Part shown: piece by piece, positions 17,593-27,142 of the stretch
Layout of the letters: each line of letters begins with the position of its first letter
Position numbering within the stretch: position 1 is the stretch's first letter
Assembly: GCA_963664405.1 (NCBI GenBank)
Contig: OY761158.1
Span: 1,632,001 to 1,696,000 of the forward strand
Length of the DNA: 64,000 nucleotides
From: Thermoanaerobaculia bacterium
GTDB taxonomy: Bacteria; Acidobacteriota; Thermoanaerobaculia; Multivoradales; Multivoraceae
Direction of reading: 5' to 3'
Position numbers and translations under genes: made by a program
Notes under the pieces: model-generated
The model's database searches: none
The model's input: only the letters and a program-made list of their open reading frames with translations
Told to the model about the DNA's origin: nothing

Positions 17593-20298
17593 GTGAACAC
17601 CGCCTGTCTCAGGACCTGTTTCAGCATTCTCGTCATAGCCGTCTGCGCACAGCTACCCCTGTGGGCGGACGGTCCGCAGACCGGAACGATCGAGGGCCGC
17701 GGTCTCGACGCCCAGAGCGGGGCTCTGCCCGGCGTCACAGTGACCCTGACCGGCCCTCAGGGAACCAAGACGGCAATCACCGACGCCGACGGGAGCTACC
17801 GCTTCAACGTGTTGCCGCCGGGCTCCTATACGGTCCATGGCGTGCTCGAGGGCCTGGGAGAGGCCACGACGTCGATGGAACTACAGGCCGGAGAGCGCCG
17901 CGAGATCGACCTCAATCTGCGCTCTGAGACCTCCGAGTCGATCACGGTGACCTCCGAGGCGCCCTTGATCAGCAAGTTCGAGACCGCGTCGACGTCGACT
18001 TTGAGCTCCGAGGTCACCGAGGAGGTGGCGTTCACCAGTCGCGCGTACGGGTCGGCGGTGCATAACCTTCCCGGGGTCACCTCTCGCAATACCAACAACG
18101 ACAGTAGCTTCATGGCCACGCCAGGGGGCCTGACCTTTGAAGTCGGCTCGTTCATCGAGGGCGTCGACATCAGCCAGACCCGGCGCGGCGGTGAGTTCCG
18201 TTTCAACCTGCCGACCACCGCCACCGCCGCGATCAGCGTGCAGGTCGCAGGAGTCGGCGCCGAGTACGGCCGCTCCACCAGTGGGGTCGTCAATACGGTG
18301 ATCAAGTCGGGCACCAACAACTTTCACGGCGAGGCTCTCTACGTCGGGCAGAACCACACATGGCGCGCTCCCTCCGAAGTCGCTCCGGACCTTCCTCGCC
18401 CAGACGACCAGATCAACTCTTGGGAGGCCTCGCTCGGAGGCCCCATCTGGCGCGACAAGGCGTGGTTCTTCGTCACCACCGGCGAGAGCTTCGACGGCTA
18501 TCTCAATCAGACCAACACAGGTTTTATCTACGAGACGGCTCAGAGGGGCGAGGCGGTCGTCGCCAAGTTCAACGTCCAGGCTGGAGACCGACATCAGTTC
18601 TCGCTCACCGGCCTCACGGCACCGCAGGACTCCGAGGGCGGGTCGGGTAACCCGGGGGATGTTTACGCCCTCCAACAGACAGAGATCGACAGCAAGCTCT
18701 ATAACGCGGCCTGGAACTTCAGCGCCACCAACAGCCTCTTCCTCGAGGTGAAGGTCGCGGACAGCACGGACAAGCTGTCGCGCGTGGCTATAGTGTTCCG
18801 CGTGATCGACCCCGGCGCTCCGCCGGATAGCCCGCTCGCCAACAACTTTCGTTATCAGGACCGTAACGACAACCGTCGATACAACGGTAACTCGGCGGCC
18901 AACGGCAACGGTTTCAACGACTTTCCCCGCGAGCAGATCAACTTCGCGGCGTCCCTCTTCAAGGGTAACCACGAGTGGCGGTTCGGGGTCGATGAGCACA
19001 CCATGTTTTACAACGCGAGAGCCGACCTCATCACCGACTACCGCGGGCGCGGCTACGACGTGAATTCGCCGAGTGGCTTTGTGACACCCATCGACAAGCG
19101 GGTCTACGAGTCGCCGGGGGGAGACGGCATCAACCGATACGAGAGCCCGATGCGGGCGATCCACGTCCAGGACCGCATCAGCATCGGAGATCGCTGGGTG
19201 GTGACCGCCGGGGTCCGCCTCGACGATCAGGAAGTCACCAACAACATCGGTGAGACGGTCAACGAGTACGAGGAGGCCGCGCCGCGCTTCTCGGCGGTTT
19301 ACGACGTCAACGCCGACGGCACGGTTCTCGTCCGGGGGACCGCCGGGCGCACCTATCGGACCTTCCCGCTCGACCTCGCCTTCCGTCACTTCACCCGCGG
19401 CTCCAACGGCTTGAATACCTTCGACGAGTTTGGATGGAACCCGGCGACCGAGGTCTACGACGTCTTCCTCCGGAGTTTCTCGGCGGCGAGCGACAACGAA
19501 ATTCAGGCACTCAATACCTGGTTCAAAGACGAGATCTCGCTCGGCGTGGACTGGCAGTTCTCCCCCAACTGGGTGTTCACCTCGCGGCTGTTGTGGAACG
19601 AGCAGGAAGACCTCTACCAGGCCAACGACCAGTATGACGCCAACGGCCAGGTCTTCAAACAGATCGTCAACCGGCCCGAGCTATACCGAGAGTACCAGGG
19701 GCTTTTACTGGCGGCCAACCGTGCTTTCCGCGGGGGTTGGTCGCTGCGCACCGACTTGACGGTCGGCAACTTCGAGGGCAACGAAGATGATCTCAACGCC
19801 CAGGGCAACGAGTTCGAGGGCCTCGGCGGAGTCCAGGTCGGGACCGGTGTCCTCAACCCCACCTCGCTTAATCTCAACGGCCGGCTGATCACCGATCGCG
19901 AGTACGTAGCCCACGTCATCGGGGTCAAGCGCTGGGATATCGGCAGCCAGAGTGTGGTCGCGAGTGCCATCGTCAATGCTCAGGCGGGCGCGTCGTGGGG
20001 ACTGCGGCCGAGCACGGCCGTGGTGCATCCCGATTCGGGCGTTCGGATCAACACGTGGGCCTACGCGGAGCCCCGCGATGCGCAGCAGCTCCCCGACACA
20101 ATCACGCTGGGAGTCGCCGCTGGTTGGGAGTTTCCGATTCGCGGTGCCTTCGCGGGGAAAGTCGGCTTCGAGGTGGCGAACGTGACCAACGAGCAGGATC
20201 AGACGTCCGTGAGACTCGCCAACGGAAGGGCGTCCGGGAGTGCCGGCGGCTACCTCACGCCGCGTGAGTTCCGCCTGAAGCTCGGGATCACCTTCTGA
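17593..20298 (+). CDS. TonB-dependent receptor, Oar-like (TBDR2)
   Basis: GGAGG SD, GTG start, WA-DGPQTG, QTRRGGEFR, IKSGTNNFHG, C-terminal LGITF. Confidence 0.92.
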   Translation: MNTACLRTCFSILVIAVCAQLPLWADGPQTGTIEGRGLDAQSGALPGVTVTLTGPQGTKTAITDADGSYRFNVLPPGSYTVHGVLEGLGEATTSMELQAGERREIDLNLRSETSESITVTSEAPLISKFETASTSTLSSEVTEEVAFTSRAYGSAVHNLPGVTSRNTNNDSSFMATPGGLTFEVGSFIEGVDISQTRRGGEFRFNLPTTATAAISVQVAGVGAEYGRSTSGVVNTVIKSGTNNFHGEALYVGQNHTWRAPSEVAPDLPRPDDQINSWEASLGGPIWRDKAWFFVTTGESFDGYLNQTNTGFIYETAQRGEAVVAKFNVQAGDRHQFSLTGLTAPQDSEGGSGNPGDVYALQQTEIDSKLYNAAWNFSATNSLFLEVKVADSTDKLSRVAIVFRVIDPGAPPDSPLANNFRYQDRNDNRRYNGNSAANGNGFNDFPREQINFAASLFKGNHEWRFGVDEHTMFYNARADLITDYRGRGYDVNSPSGFVTPIDKRVYESPGGDGINRYESPMRAIHVQDRISIGDRWVVTAGVRLDDQEVTNNIGETVNEYEEAAPRFSAVYDVNADGTVLVRGTAGRTYRTFPLDLAFRHFTRGSNGLNTFDEFGWNPATEVYDVFLRSFSAASDNEIQALNTWFKDEISLGVDWQFSPNWVFTSRLLWNEQEDLYQANDQYDANGQVFKQIVNRPELYREYQGLLLAANRAFRGGWSLRTDLTVGNFEGNEDDLNAQGNEFEGLGGVQVGTGVLNPTSLNLNGRLITDREYVAHVIGVKRWDIGSQSVVASAIVNAQAGASWGLRPSTAVVHPDSGVRINTWAYAEPRDAQQLPDTITLGVAAGWEFPIRGAFAGKVGFEVANVTNEQDQTSVRLANGRASGSAGGYLTPREFRLKLGITF

Positions 20299-20517
20299 CG
20301 CGGCGGCATGCCGGCGACAGCGGCGGAGAAAGCCACACCCCGGCGCCATGCTCGAGCAGGGTCGCCACGACGCCCCCTAGAATCCCGACTTCGGGCTGGG
20401 ATCGTCCCGTCTCTCGAACGAGTATCTGATCCTGGTGAAGCCGAAGTGGTGTCTGCCGCAGCTCGTTCAAAGTGGCGGTCTGAGTCGAGTGAAATTCGTC
20501 GTTCGCGGTTGCTCCTC

Positions 20518-21036
20518 ATGATCGGCATCGTCCTTCTTCTGATTCACTCATCGGGATGTTCCGAGCCATCCGGCTCGCCTCCCGGTACGATCCTCACCCT
20601 AGCCGGGAGCTCCGACCTGTTGGGTGACGGCCGGCCGGCCACAGAGGCACGGTTGGTAGCACCCAATGGCGTTTTCGCGGCAGCCGACGACACCGTCTAC
20701 TTCACCGATGGCGTGCAGTCTGCCATCCGCAAGATCACCCCGGACGGGCGCATCGAGACCCTGGCCGGAACGGGTTTGCCCGGCTACACAGGGGATGGCG
20801 GACCTGCCCTAGAGGCGCGCCTCGACTACCCCAACGGTCTGCTCATGGACCCCGCCGGCAACCTCTACTTCGCCGACGAGTTCGCCCATGTCGTCAGGAT
20901 GATCGATCACCAAGGAAAGATCACAACGGTGGCGGGTATAGGCACACCGGGATACAGCGGAGACGGCGGTCACGCCCTCCATGCACAGCTGAGCTTCCCC
21001 CGAAGGCTGGCGTTGGCTGCCGATGGAGCCCTCTGA
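20518..21036 (+). pseudogene. NHL-repeat (teneurin-like) protein, probably 3'-truncated
   Basis: About 2.5 repeats of ITTVAGxGxPGYSGDGGxALxAxLxxP; stops mid-repeat 10 bp from a convergent gene. Confidence 0.6.
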
Positions 21037-21045
21037 TACAGGACA

Positions 21046-22152
21046 CTAGCGGTTCGCTTCAAACCACTCCTGCTCCGCCAACCGCGCCCCGCGCAGCATG
21101 TTGCCCATCGAGTAGTTGCCCTCGTGGCAGGCGTACTCGTAGAGCTTGCTGTCGGTCCGCGGCCAGGGGAGTGAGCCGCTGTAGGGCGCGGTGTAGTCGG
21201 GATCTTCGACGGTGAACTCGTAGAAGAGGCCGTCGTCGGTGGCAGTGAAGCGCTCCACGACGTGCAGGCCCTCGTGGGGCGTCCCCGGTTCGCGCAGGGA
21301 GCTCTGATCACGCCGCGCGCGACCGCGGTCACTCGCCACCGGAGCCTCGCCCTGGCGGCGGAAGTTGGTGGTGTCGACCATCAGAGTGTCGCCCTCCCAC
21401 CAGCCGATCGAGTCTCCGCTGAAGGAGTGAATCTCCGCCGGCAGATGCTCGGGGGTACGCCCCTCAGCGCCGAGACGAATGATGCGAGGCCAGTGGAACC
21501 ACTCGACGAGGATCACCACGTGCGTATCGGTCTGGGTGATGGTCTTGACGTTGTTGTAGCCGCCGGTCTGGCGCACCGGCACCGTCGCCGCGGTGTTGTA
21601 GATGCAGCGCATACCCAGGTTCTGAACCTCGGGATGATCGTAGAGATCCTCACCGGTCTCCAGCCACCAGGCCCCCCCGGGGTTGTGGTTGTAGCGCCGC
21701 TGCACTCCCTGGCGCCACTGCTTGCCCGTTTCGGTGAGCGGCGGAAGCCGGCCATCGGAAGGGTCGGTGAGGATCGAGGTGCGGAACTCTCCGTCGACGG
21801 CAAAGGTCGTGGTGACCCTGTCGAACCAAATGAACTGGTTGTAGCCGCCCACGTTGCCACGCACTCCGGTACCCCCGGCCGGCGGAAGCTCGCGGTTCGA
21901 ATTGATCGTCACATCTGCCGGTAGGACCCTCCTGGCGGCAGCCTCCTCGACCTCCTTCGCCTCCTCGGAGCTCATATACATCCTGGTGCCGTGCTTGGCA
22001 TCGCGCTGGAAGGGAGTAAGAAAGCGGAGCTCGTAGTTGCCCGACAGGTCCGGCTTGCCGCTCGGCGTCCTCGGGATGTCTCTTGGGGCAGCGAAGGCCG
22101 CAGCATCCACCAAAGCGACGGCGACGACGAAGAGGATGGCTCTCGATCTCAT
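21046..22152 (-). CDS. Uncharacterised secreted 'ACHEGN-family' protein, copy 3
   Basis: Signal peptide, GKPDLSG, GGYNQFIW, MRC, GDSIGWWEGDTL, YEYACHEGNYSM. Confidence 0.88.
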   Translation of the reverse strand: MRSRAILFVVAVALVDAAAFAAPRDIPRTPSGKPDLSGNYELRFLTPFQRDAKHGTRMYMSSEEAKEVEEAAARRVLPADVTINSNRELPPAGGTGVRGNVGGYNQFIWFDRVTTTFAVDGEFRTSILTDPSDGRLPPLTETGKQWRQGVQRRYNHNPGGAWWLETGEDLYDHPEVQNLGMRCIYNTAATVPVRQTGGYNNVKTITQTDTHVVILVEWFHWPRIIRLGAEGRTPEHLPAEIHSFSGDSIGWWEGDTLMVDTTNFRRQGEAPVASDRGRARRDQSSLREPGTPHEGLHVVERFTATDDGLFYEFTVEDPDYTAPYSGSLPWPRTDSKLYEYACHEGNYSMGNMLRGARLAEQEWFEANR

Positions 22153-22302
22153 AGTTGGCTCCTCGGCAACCTGCTCGGAAGGCGCGATGCTCGGCGGGAA
22201 TGTCTGCTCCTCCTACTCTACATCGTGCGATCGAGCTCCCGCGCGCGCTCGACTCCCTCTCTCGAGGCTCGGAACCGGCTCGGCTGTTAGGCTCGTGCAA
22301 CG

Positions 22303-25140
22303 ATGCCGAAGAGACTGGCTGCCACTCATGCTCTAAATGCCATCACGGGGGCGATCTTGTTGGCCTTGGTGTCGACCGGGGCCGAGGCACAAGAGCCCTC
22401 TTCTCTGGGCGCCGACGGGGTCATCTCCCTTCTTATCCGTTTCGGTGTCGATGACACGTCGCCACGCGATTGGGATGGCTCGCTCGCCGTCTCCGGGGGC
22501 GACCTGGTGGGCCTGCGCGACTGGCGTCCGCGCCCGGATCATCAAGTCCGGGGAAGCACCTGGAAGCTCGCGAGCTACCAGGGAGAGAACTGGCGCTACC
22601 GGGTCTGGGAACGGCCGCCGCCGGCCGGCCCCAGCAAGTACTTTCGCTCACCTGGGGTCATCGTCGATGTGAGAGGCCAGGCGCGGACGCGGCTGCGCAT
22701 CGAAACGCTCAACGGCGACTTCGACTTTCGCCTTCGCGACATTCCGGCGGGGCGCTCCAATAGCTTCCTTGGCGGCGCAATCACGGTCGAGCGCACCGCG
22801 GCAGCCGAGCTCCTCACCTCCCGCGACTACGAGAACGACTACGCCACCGTTCTCGGCAGCAGCGAAGGAGAAGTATGGTCCGCGTGGATCGGTTATCTCG
22901 ACAACGCCACCGAGATTCTCGCCCGCCGCTTCGATGGCGAGCGCTGGGGTGAGGTCCAGAAGATCTCCCGGGAACCGGGGGACTACTTTCTGGTCAAGAT
23001 GGGCCGCGACGGCAAGGGCCGCCCGTGGGCGGTTTGGTCGGCGAAGGTCGACGGCAACTGGGACCTCTATGCCAGCCATCTGGCGGGCAGCTCCTGGTCC
23101 GCAGCCGAGCGTCTGACGAGGGGTCCCCAGTCCGACATCTTCCACAACCTGGTGAGCGATGCCAACGGGAACCTGTGGCTTGTGTGGCAGGGCTTCCGTA
23201 ACGGCACCTCCGACGTCTTTGTGCGTCGTTACGACGGCGCGAGCTGGTCGAAGGAGGAGAAGGTCTCGTCGTCGCCCGCGAACGACTGGGAGCCAGTAGT
23301 CGCCGCCGACTCTAAGGGCGCCGTTTATGTGGGTTGGGACAGCTACGGGGCGGGAAACTACGACGTTCTGATGCGCAGATGGGCCGACGGCAGGTGGAGT
23401 GACGAAATGACGGTCGCCGCTACTCCCAAGTTCGAGGCCCACCTCAGCCTGGCCGTCGACAATCACGACCGCGTATGGGCGGCGTGGAACGAGAGCGGGG
23501 TCAACTGGGGCAAGGACACCGGCTGGTCGGTCCACCACCAGGGGACACGGCTCTACGAGTGGCGCACCCTCGGCGTCGGCGTCTGGGATGGGTCGAGCTG
23601 GATGACTCCGGCACGTGACGTCAACACAGCCCTACCCGCGGACCTCCAGGGATACAACGACTTCCCGATGCTCTTCCCGGATGCAGACGGGCGAGTGTGG
23701 CTCTACTTCCGCCACCGCTTCATGCGTGTTATCGATGTGCCGAGCGATACCTCCGGCGGTACGCGTGCCGCCTGGGAGATCTGGGGAACGACGCTCGAAG
23801 GCGAGCGCTGGACGCAGCCTGTGAGCGTTCCGATGACCGGCTTTCGCCAGGATGGGCGCTGGGGGCTCGGTGCCGACGGCAGAGGGAACATCTGGGCCAG
23901 CTGGCCCATGGACAACCGCGACTACGAGAACTTCCTCCTCGAGCACCACGACGTCTACGCCGCCAAGCTGCCGAGGATCGAGGGCCCATTTATTCGGCCC
24001 ACCCTCGTCACCCGCGCCGATGAAGAGATTCCTTTCTTCGCCATTCATCTCGAGGAAGAGAAGAACCTGGCCGCGATGCGGGGCTACGAGATCGAGTCCG
24101 AGGGCAAAACCTACCGCATCTATCGTGGCGACACCCATCGCCACAGCGAGTTCTCCTGGGACGGCAACAACGACGGATCGCTGCTCCAGACCTACCGCTA
24201 CGCCATCGACGCGGCGCAGCTGGAGTTTCTGCTGGCGAGCGAGCACAACAGCGCTCCTGGGCCCGATATCGAATACATCAACTGGCTGCTCCAGCAGACT
24301 GCCGACGCGCTTTCGATCTCCGAGCGGTTCCAGTCGTTTTACGGTTACGAGCGCAGCCTCGGCTATCCCGACGGGCACCGCAATATCCTGTTTGCTGTGC
24401 GTGGCAATCCGACGCTACCGATCACCGAGGCACAGCGGACCCACAAAGAGGGTGCGGCAAGTCTCTACGAATACCTGAAGAAGTACGACGGCATCGCCAT
24501 CTCCCACAGCTCGGGGTCTGCGTTCATGGGAACCGACTGGCGTGACAACGATCCGGAGGTCGAGCCGCTGGTCGAGATCTACCAGGGTGACCGCGTCTCC
24601 TACGAATACGAGGGTGCGCCGCGCACAGCCTACCGCGAGAACCTGCGCTCGGCGCCAGGCGGTTATCAGGCGGAGGGCTATGTTTGGAACGCCTGGGCCA
24701 AGGGCTACAAGCTCGGTGTTCAGGCCGCGTCGGACCACCTCTCGACCCATATCTCTTACGCCTGCACGATTGCGGAGGAGCTCACCCGCGAGGGTCTTCT
24801 CGAGGCGATGAAGAAGCGTCACAGCTACGGCGCGACCGACAATATCGTCCTCGACTACCGCTTGCAGGCGGACGGCAAGGAGTATCTGCAAGGTGACATC
24901 GTCACTGTCTCCGGCGACTTTCGGCTGTCGGTCCGAGTCATCGGCACCACTCCTATCCGGCAGATCGATGTGATCCGCGATCAGAGCTTCGTGCACAATC
25001 GGCAGAACCTCGGCCAGGACGTGAGCTTCAGCTTCGTCGACAACGAGGTCGGGCCTGGGGAGCACTACTACTACGTGAGGGTGCTTCAAAACGACGGCAA
25101 CCTCGCCTGGTCATCTCCCATCTGGGTGACGAAACGCTAG
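22303..25140 (+). CDS. Large secreted protein: N-terminal beta-propeller-like repeats plus C-terminal PHP-type (DUF3604/CehA-like) metallohydrolase
   Basis: Repeated DxxGxxWxxW...GxxDVxxRRxDG units; GDTHRHSE, ASEH, GHRN, ISH, AASDH, AWSSPIW. Confidence 0.75.
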   Translation: MPKRLAATHALNAITGAILLALVSTGAEAQEPSSLGADGVISLLIRFGVDDTSPRDWDGSLAVSGGDLVGLRDWRPRPDHQVRGSTWKLASYQGENWRYRVWERPPPAGPSKYFRSPGVIVDVRGQARTRLRIETLNGDFDFRLRDIPAGRSNSFLGGAITVERTAAAELLTSRDYENDYATVLGSSEGEVWSAWIGYLDNATEILARRFDGERWGEVQKISREPGDYFLVKMGRDGKGRPWAVWSAKVDGNWDLYASHLAGSSWSAAERLTRGPQSDIFHNLVSDANGNLWLVWQGFRNGTSDVFVRRYDGASWSKEEKVSSSPANDWEPVVAADSKGAVYVGWDSYGAGNYDVLMRRWADGRWSDEMTVAATPKFEAHLSLAVDNHDRVWAAWNESGVNWGKDTGWSVHHQGTRLYEWRTLGVGVWDGSSWMTPARDVNTALPADLQGYNDFPMLFPDADGRVWLYFRHRFMRVIDVPSDTSGGTRAAWEIWGTTLEGERWTQPVSVPMTGFRQDGRWGLGADGRGNIWASWPMDNRDYENFLLEHHDVYAAKLPRIEGPFIRPTLVTRADEEIPFFAIHLEEEKNLAAMRGYEIESEGKTYRIYRGDTHRHSEFSWDGNNDGSLLQTYRYAIDAAQLEFLLASEHNSAPGPDIEYINWLLQQTADALSISERFQSFYGYERSLGYPDGHRNILFAVRGNPTLPITEAQRTHKEGAASLYEYLKKYDGIAISHSSGSAFMGTDWRDNDPEVEPLVEIYQGDRVSYEYEGAPRTAYRENLRSAPGGYQAEGYVWNAWAKGYKLGVQAASDHLSTHISYACTIAEELTREGLLEAMKKRHSYGATDNIVLDYRLQADGKEYLQGDIVTVSGDFRLSVRVIGTTPIRQIDVIRDQSFVHNRQNLGQDVSFSFVDNEVGPGEHYYYVRVLQNDGNLAWSSPIWVTKR

Positions 25141-25179
25141 CCCCATGCCGACTCCGATCTTGCGATCGCGATCCGGTCG

Positions 25180-26277
25180 TCAATCGCGGCTCGATCCGGC
25201 CTTCCCCAGCACATCCGCTTCGAGCACCCGGGCGCCCCGTAAAATGCCTCCCATCGAGTAGTTGCCCTCGTGACAGGCGTACTCGTAAACCCGCTCCGTG
25301 GTAGAGCGCAAAACGTACTCGCCGGTCCACGGCGCGGTCCAAGACGTCTGGTCTTCGACCGTGAAGCGGTAGAGCACATCGCCGTCCTCGAGCTTGGTGA
25401 AGCGCTCGACGACGAGCATGTTCTCTGAGCCTCCTCGCAGGACGGCGTCGGGATGGAAGCCGACGCTGTCGACCACCAGCGTGTCGCCGTCCCACCAGCC
25501 GATCGAATCGCCGGTCCACTTCTTGATGTCGGCCACCGGTAGATGCTCGGAATTCATCCGCACGATACGAGCGTCGTGGACCATCTCGATCAGGATCATC
25601 ACCGCTTCGTCGGTCTGCACGATGGTCTTGTAATTGTTGTAGCCGCTCGGCAGCGTCGGAGTCGCCCCGGTGAACCCGACGATGCAACGATCTTGCGCGC
25701 GAAGCGACTCCGGACCGTCGAAGGGGCCGGCCTCGTCGCTATCGAGCCACCATGCACTGCCGTCGTTGCCACCGCGCTGGCGCTCGATATTGGCTTCGTA
25801 CGCCGCCGCACGCTTGGCCGCGACCTCGGTCATCGGAGGGAAGCGACCGTTCGGCGGATCGACCAGGATCGAAGTGCGGAACTTTCCGTCCACCGCGAAG
25901 GCCTCACTTCCCGGGTCGAGCCAGAAACGGTTGTAGCCGCCCACGTTGCCGGCACCACCGCCCGATCCATCGCCACCCTCGGGCGGTGGCTCACGATTCG
26001 GGTCGCTGCTCCGAGAACTCTCTTCGACCCGCGCCGCCACCTGGGCTTCGATCTCGCCTGCCTCCTGTCGGGAGAGATAGAGCTTGTCGCCGTATCTCTC
26101 CGGACGTTGGAGCGGCGTCACCGTGGCGGCGTTGTAGTTACCCGACAAGTCGGGTCGGCCGCCAGCGGTGCGCGGAACTCCGTCGCCCTCAGCCGCGAAG
26201 CCGGGGTCGGCCGAAATGAGCAGAACGAGGACCGATAGGAGTGCCGCGAATCTCATCATGCATCGTCTCCCGATCAT
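25180..26277 (-). CDS. Uncharacterised secreted 'ACHEGN-family' protein, copy 4
   Basis: Signal peptide, GRPDLSG, GGYNRFW, DRC, GDSIGWWDGDTLVV, YEYACHEGNYSM. Confidence 0.88.
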   Translation of the reverse strand: MIGRRCMMRFAALLSVLVLLISADPGFAAEGDGVPRTAGGRPDLSGNYNAATVTPLQRPERYGDKLYLSRQEAGEIEAQVAARVEESSRSSDPNREPPPEGGDGSGGGAGNVGGYNRFWLDPGSEAFAVDGKFRTSILVDPPNGRFPPMTEVAAKRAAAYEANIERQRGGNDGSAWWLDSDEAGPFDGPESLRAQDRCIVGFTGATPTLPSGYNNYKTIVQTDEAVMILIEMVHDARIVRMNSEHLPVADIKKWTGDSIGWWDGDTLVVDSVGFHPDAVLRGGSENMLVVERFTKLEDGDVLYRFTVEDQTSWTAPWTGEYVLRSTTERVYEYACHEGNYSMGGILRGARVLEADVLGKAGSSRD

Positions 26278-27038
26278 TTCTGCAGGCTAGAGTCCAACAG
26301 CGGACGATAGAAGTCAACCATCTTGTCCGCCAGCTCCGGGTCCTGCGCGAACAGCGGGTAGCCGTGGGCATCGCCGTCGTAGAGAAAGAGCTGAGTGCGG
26401 CTCTTGCCCCCGCGGTAGGCGATCGTGCCCGCCGGGCCCGCGGCCCCCGTGTCGCCTTTGGCGGCGATCAAGAGCAGGTCCCGATCGCTCATCCGCAGGA
26501 GATCTCGCACATGCTCGGATCTCAGCCCGCTCGAGAAGAAACCCATGCGCGCCAGCTCCGAATGGGCCTTGCCGAGCCCAACCACCTGCCCTCCGCCGCA
26601 AGAGGCGCCGAGGGCGCCTGCAACGACTCCCTTTCCCTGTTGCGCCAGGTAGGTGTACGCCGCTTCGGCGTCGTAGGGAAAGCCCGCCATAGCCCGCTGC
26701 CGGTCTTCACTCCCCGCAGTGGCAACGTCGAGGCCGTTCCCCTTGCTGTCGCCGAAGCCACGGAAGTCGATTGAAAGCACTTTGAAACCGGCAGCGGCGA
26801 GCTTGCCCCCCAGCTCCTCGTACATCGCCCGGCTGCTGTTGCACTGGTGCAGCAGCAGAATGCCGGGAGCATCGCCGTTTCCCCACAGGGTGCCGGTCAG
26901 CGAGTGACCGTCTGCGGCAGGAAACTTGACCGTCTTCGACTTCGCGGCCAGCAGCCCCGGCACCACGAGAGCCAGGACCATAGCGAGGCTGATCGCTCGA
27001 AGATACCGGTGTTCGAGAGCTCTTGCAGACATCGGCAA
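26274..27038 (-). CDS. Secreted alpha/beta hydrolase (dienelactone-hydrolase-like)
   Basis: LLLH, IDFRGFGDS, GASCGG nucleophile elbow, AKGD, AHG. Confidence 0.8.
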   Translation of the reverse strand: MPMSARALEHRYLRAISLAMVLALVVPGLLAAKSKTVKFPAADGHSLTGTLWGNGDAPGILLLHQCNSSRAMYEELGGKLAAAGFKVLSIDFRGFGDSKGNGLDVATAGSEDRQRAMAGFPYDAEAAYTYLAQQGKGVVAGALGASCGGGQVVGLGKAHSELARMGFFSSGLRSEHVRDLLRMSDRDLLLIAAKGDTGAAGPAGTIAYRGGKSRTQLFLYDGDAHGYPLFAQDPELADKMVDFYRPLLDSSLQK

Positions 27039-27107
27039 CCCTCCGCCCCACTAGGGGGCTCACCAGCCGAGCCTAGCACCGGGCGCGTCGTCGCCGGCCT
27101 GCTATCT

Positions 27108-27140
27108 TTGCAATTAGGGACTTGTGCGCCATAATTGCAA
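27108..27140. promoter_or_regulatory. Inverted-repeat operator candidate upstream of AAA/DUF4143 gene 1
   Basis: TTGCAATTA-N15-TAATTGCAA, AT-rich, ending 2 bp before the ATG. Confidence 0.55.
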
Positions 27141-27142
27141 GG

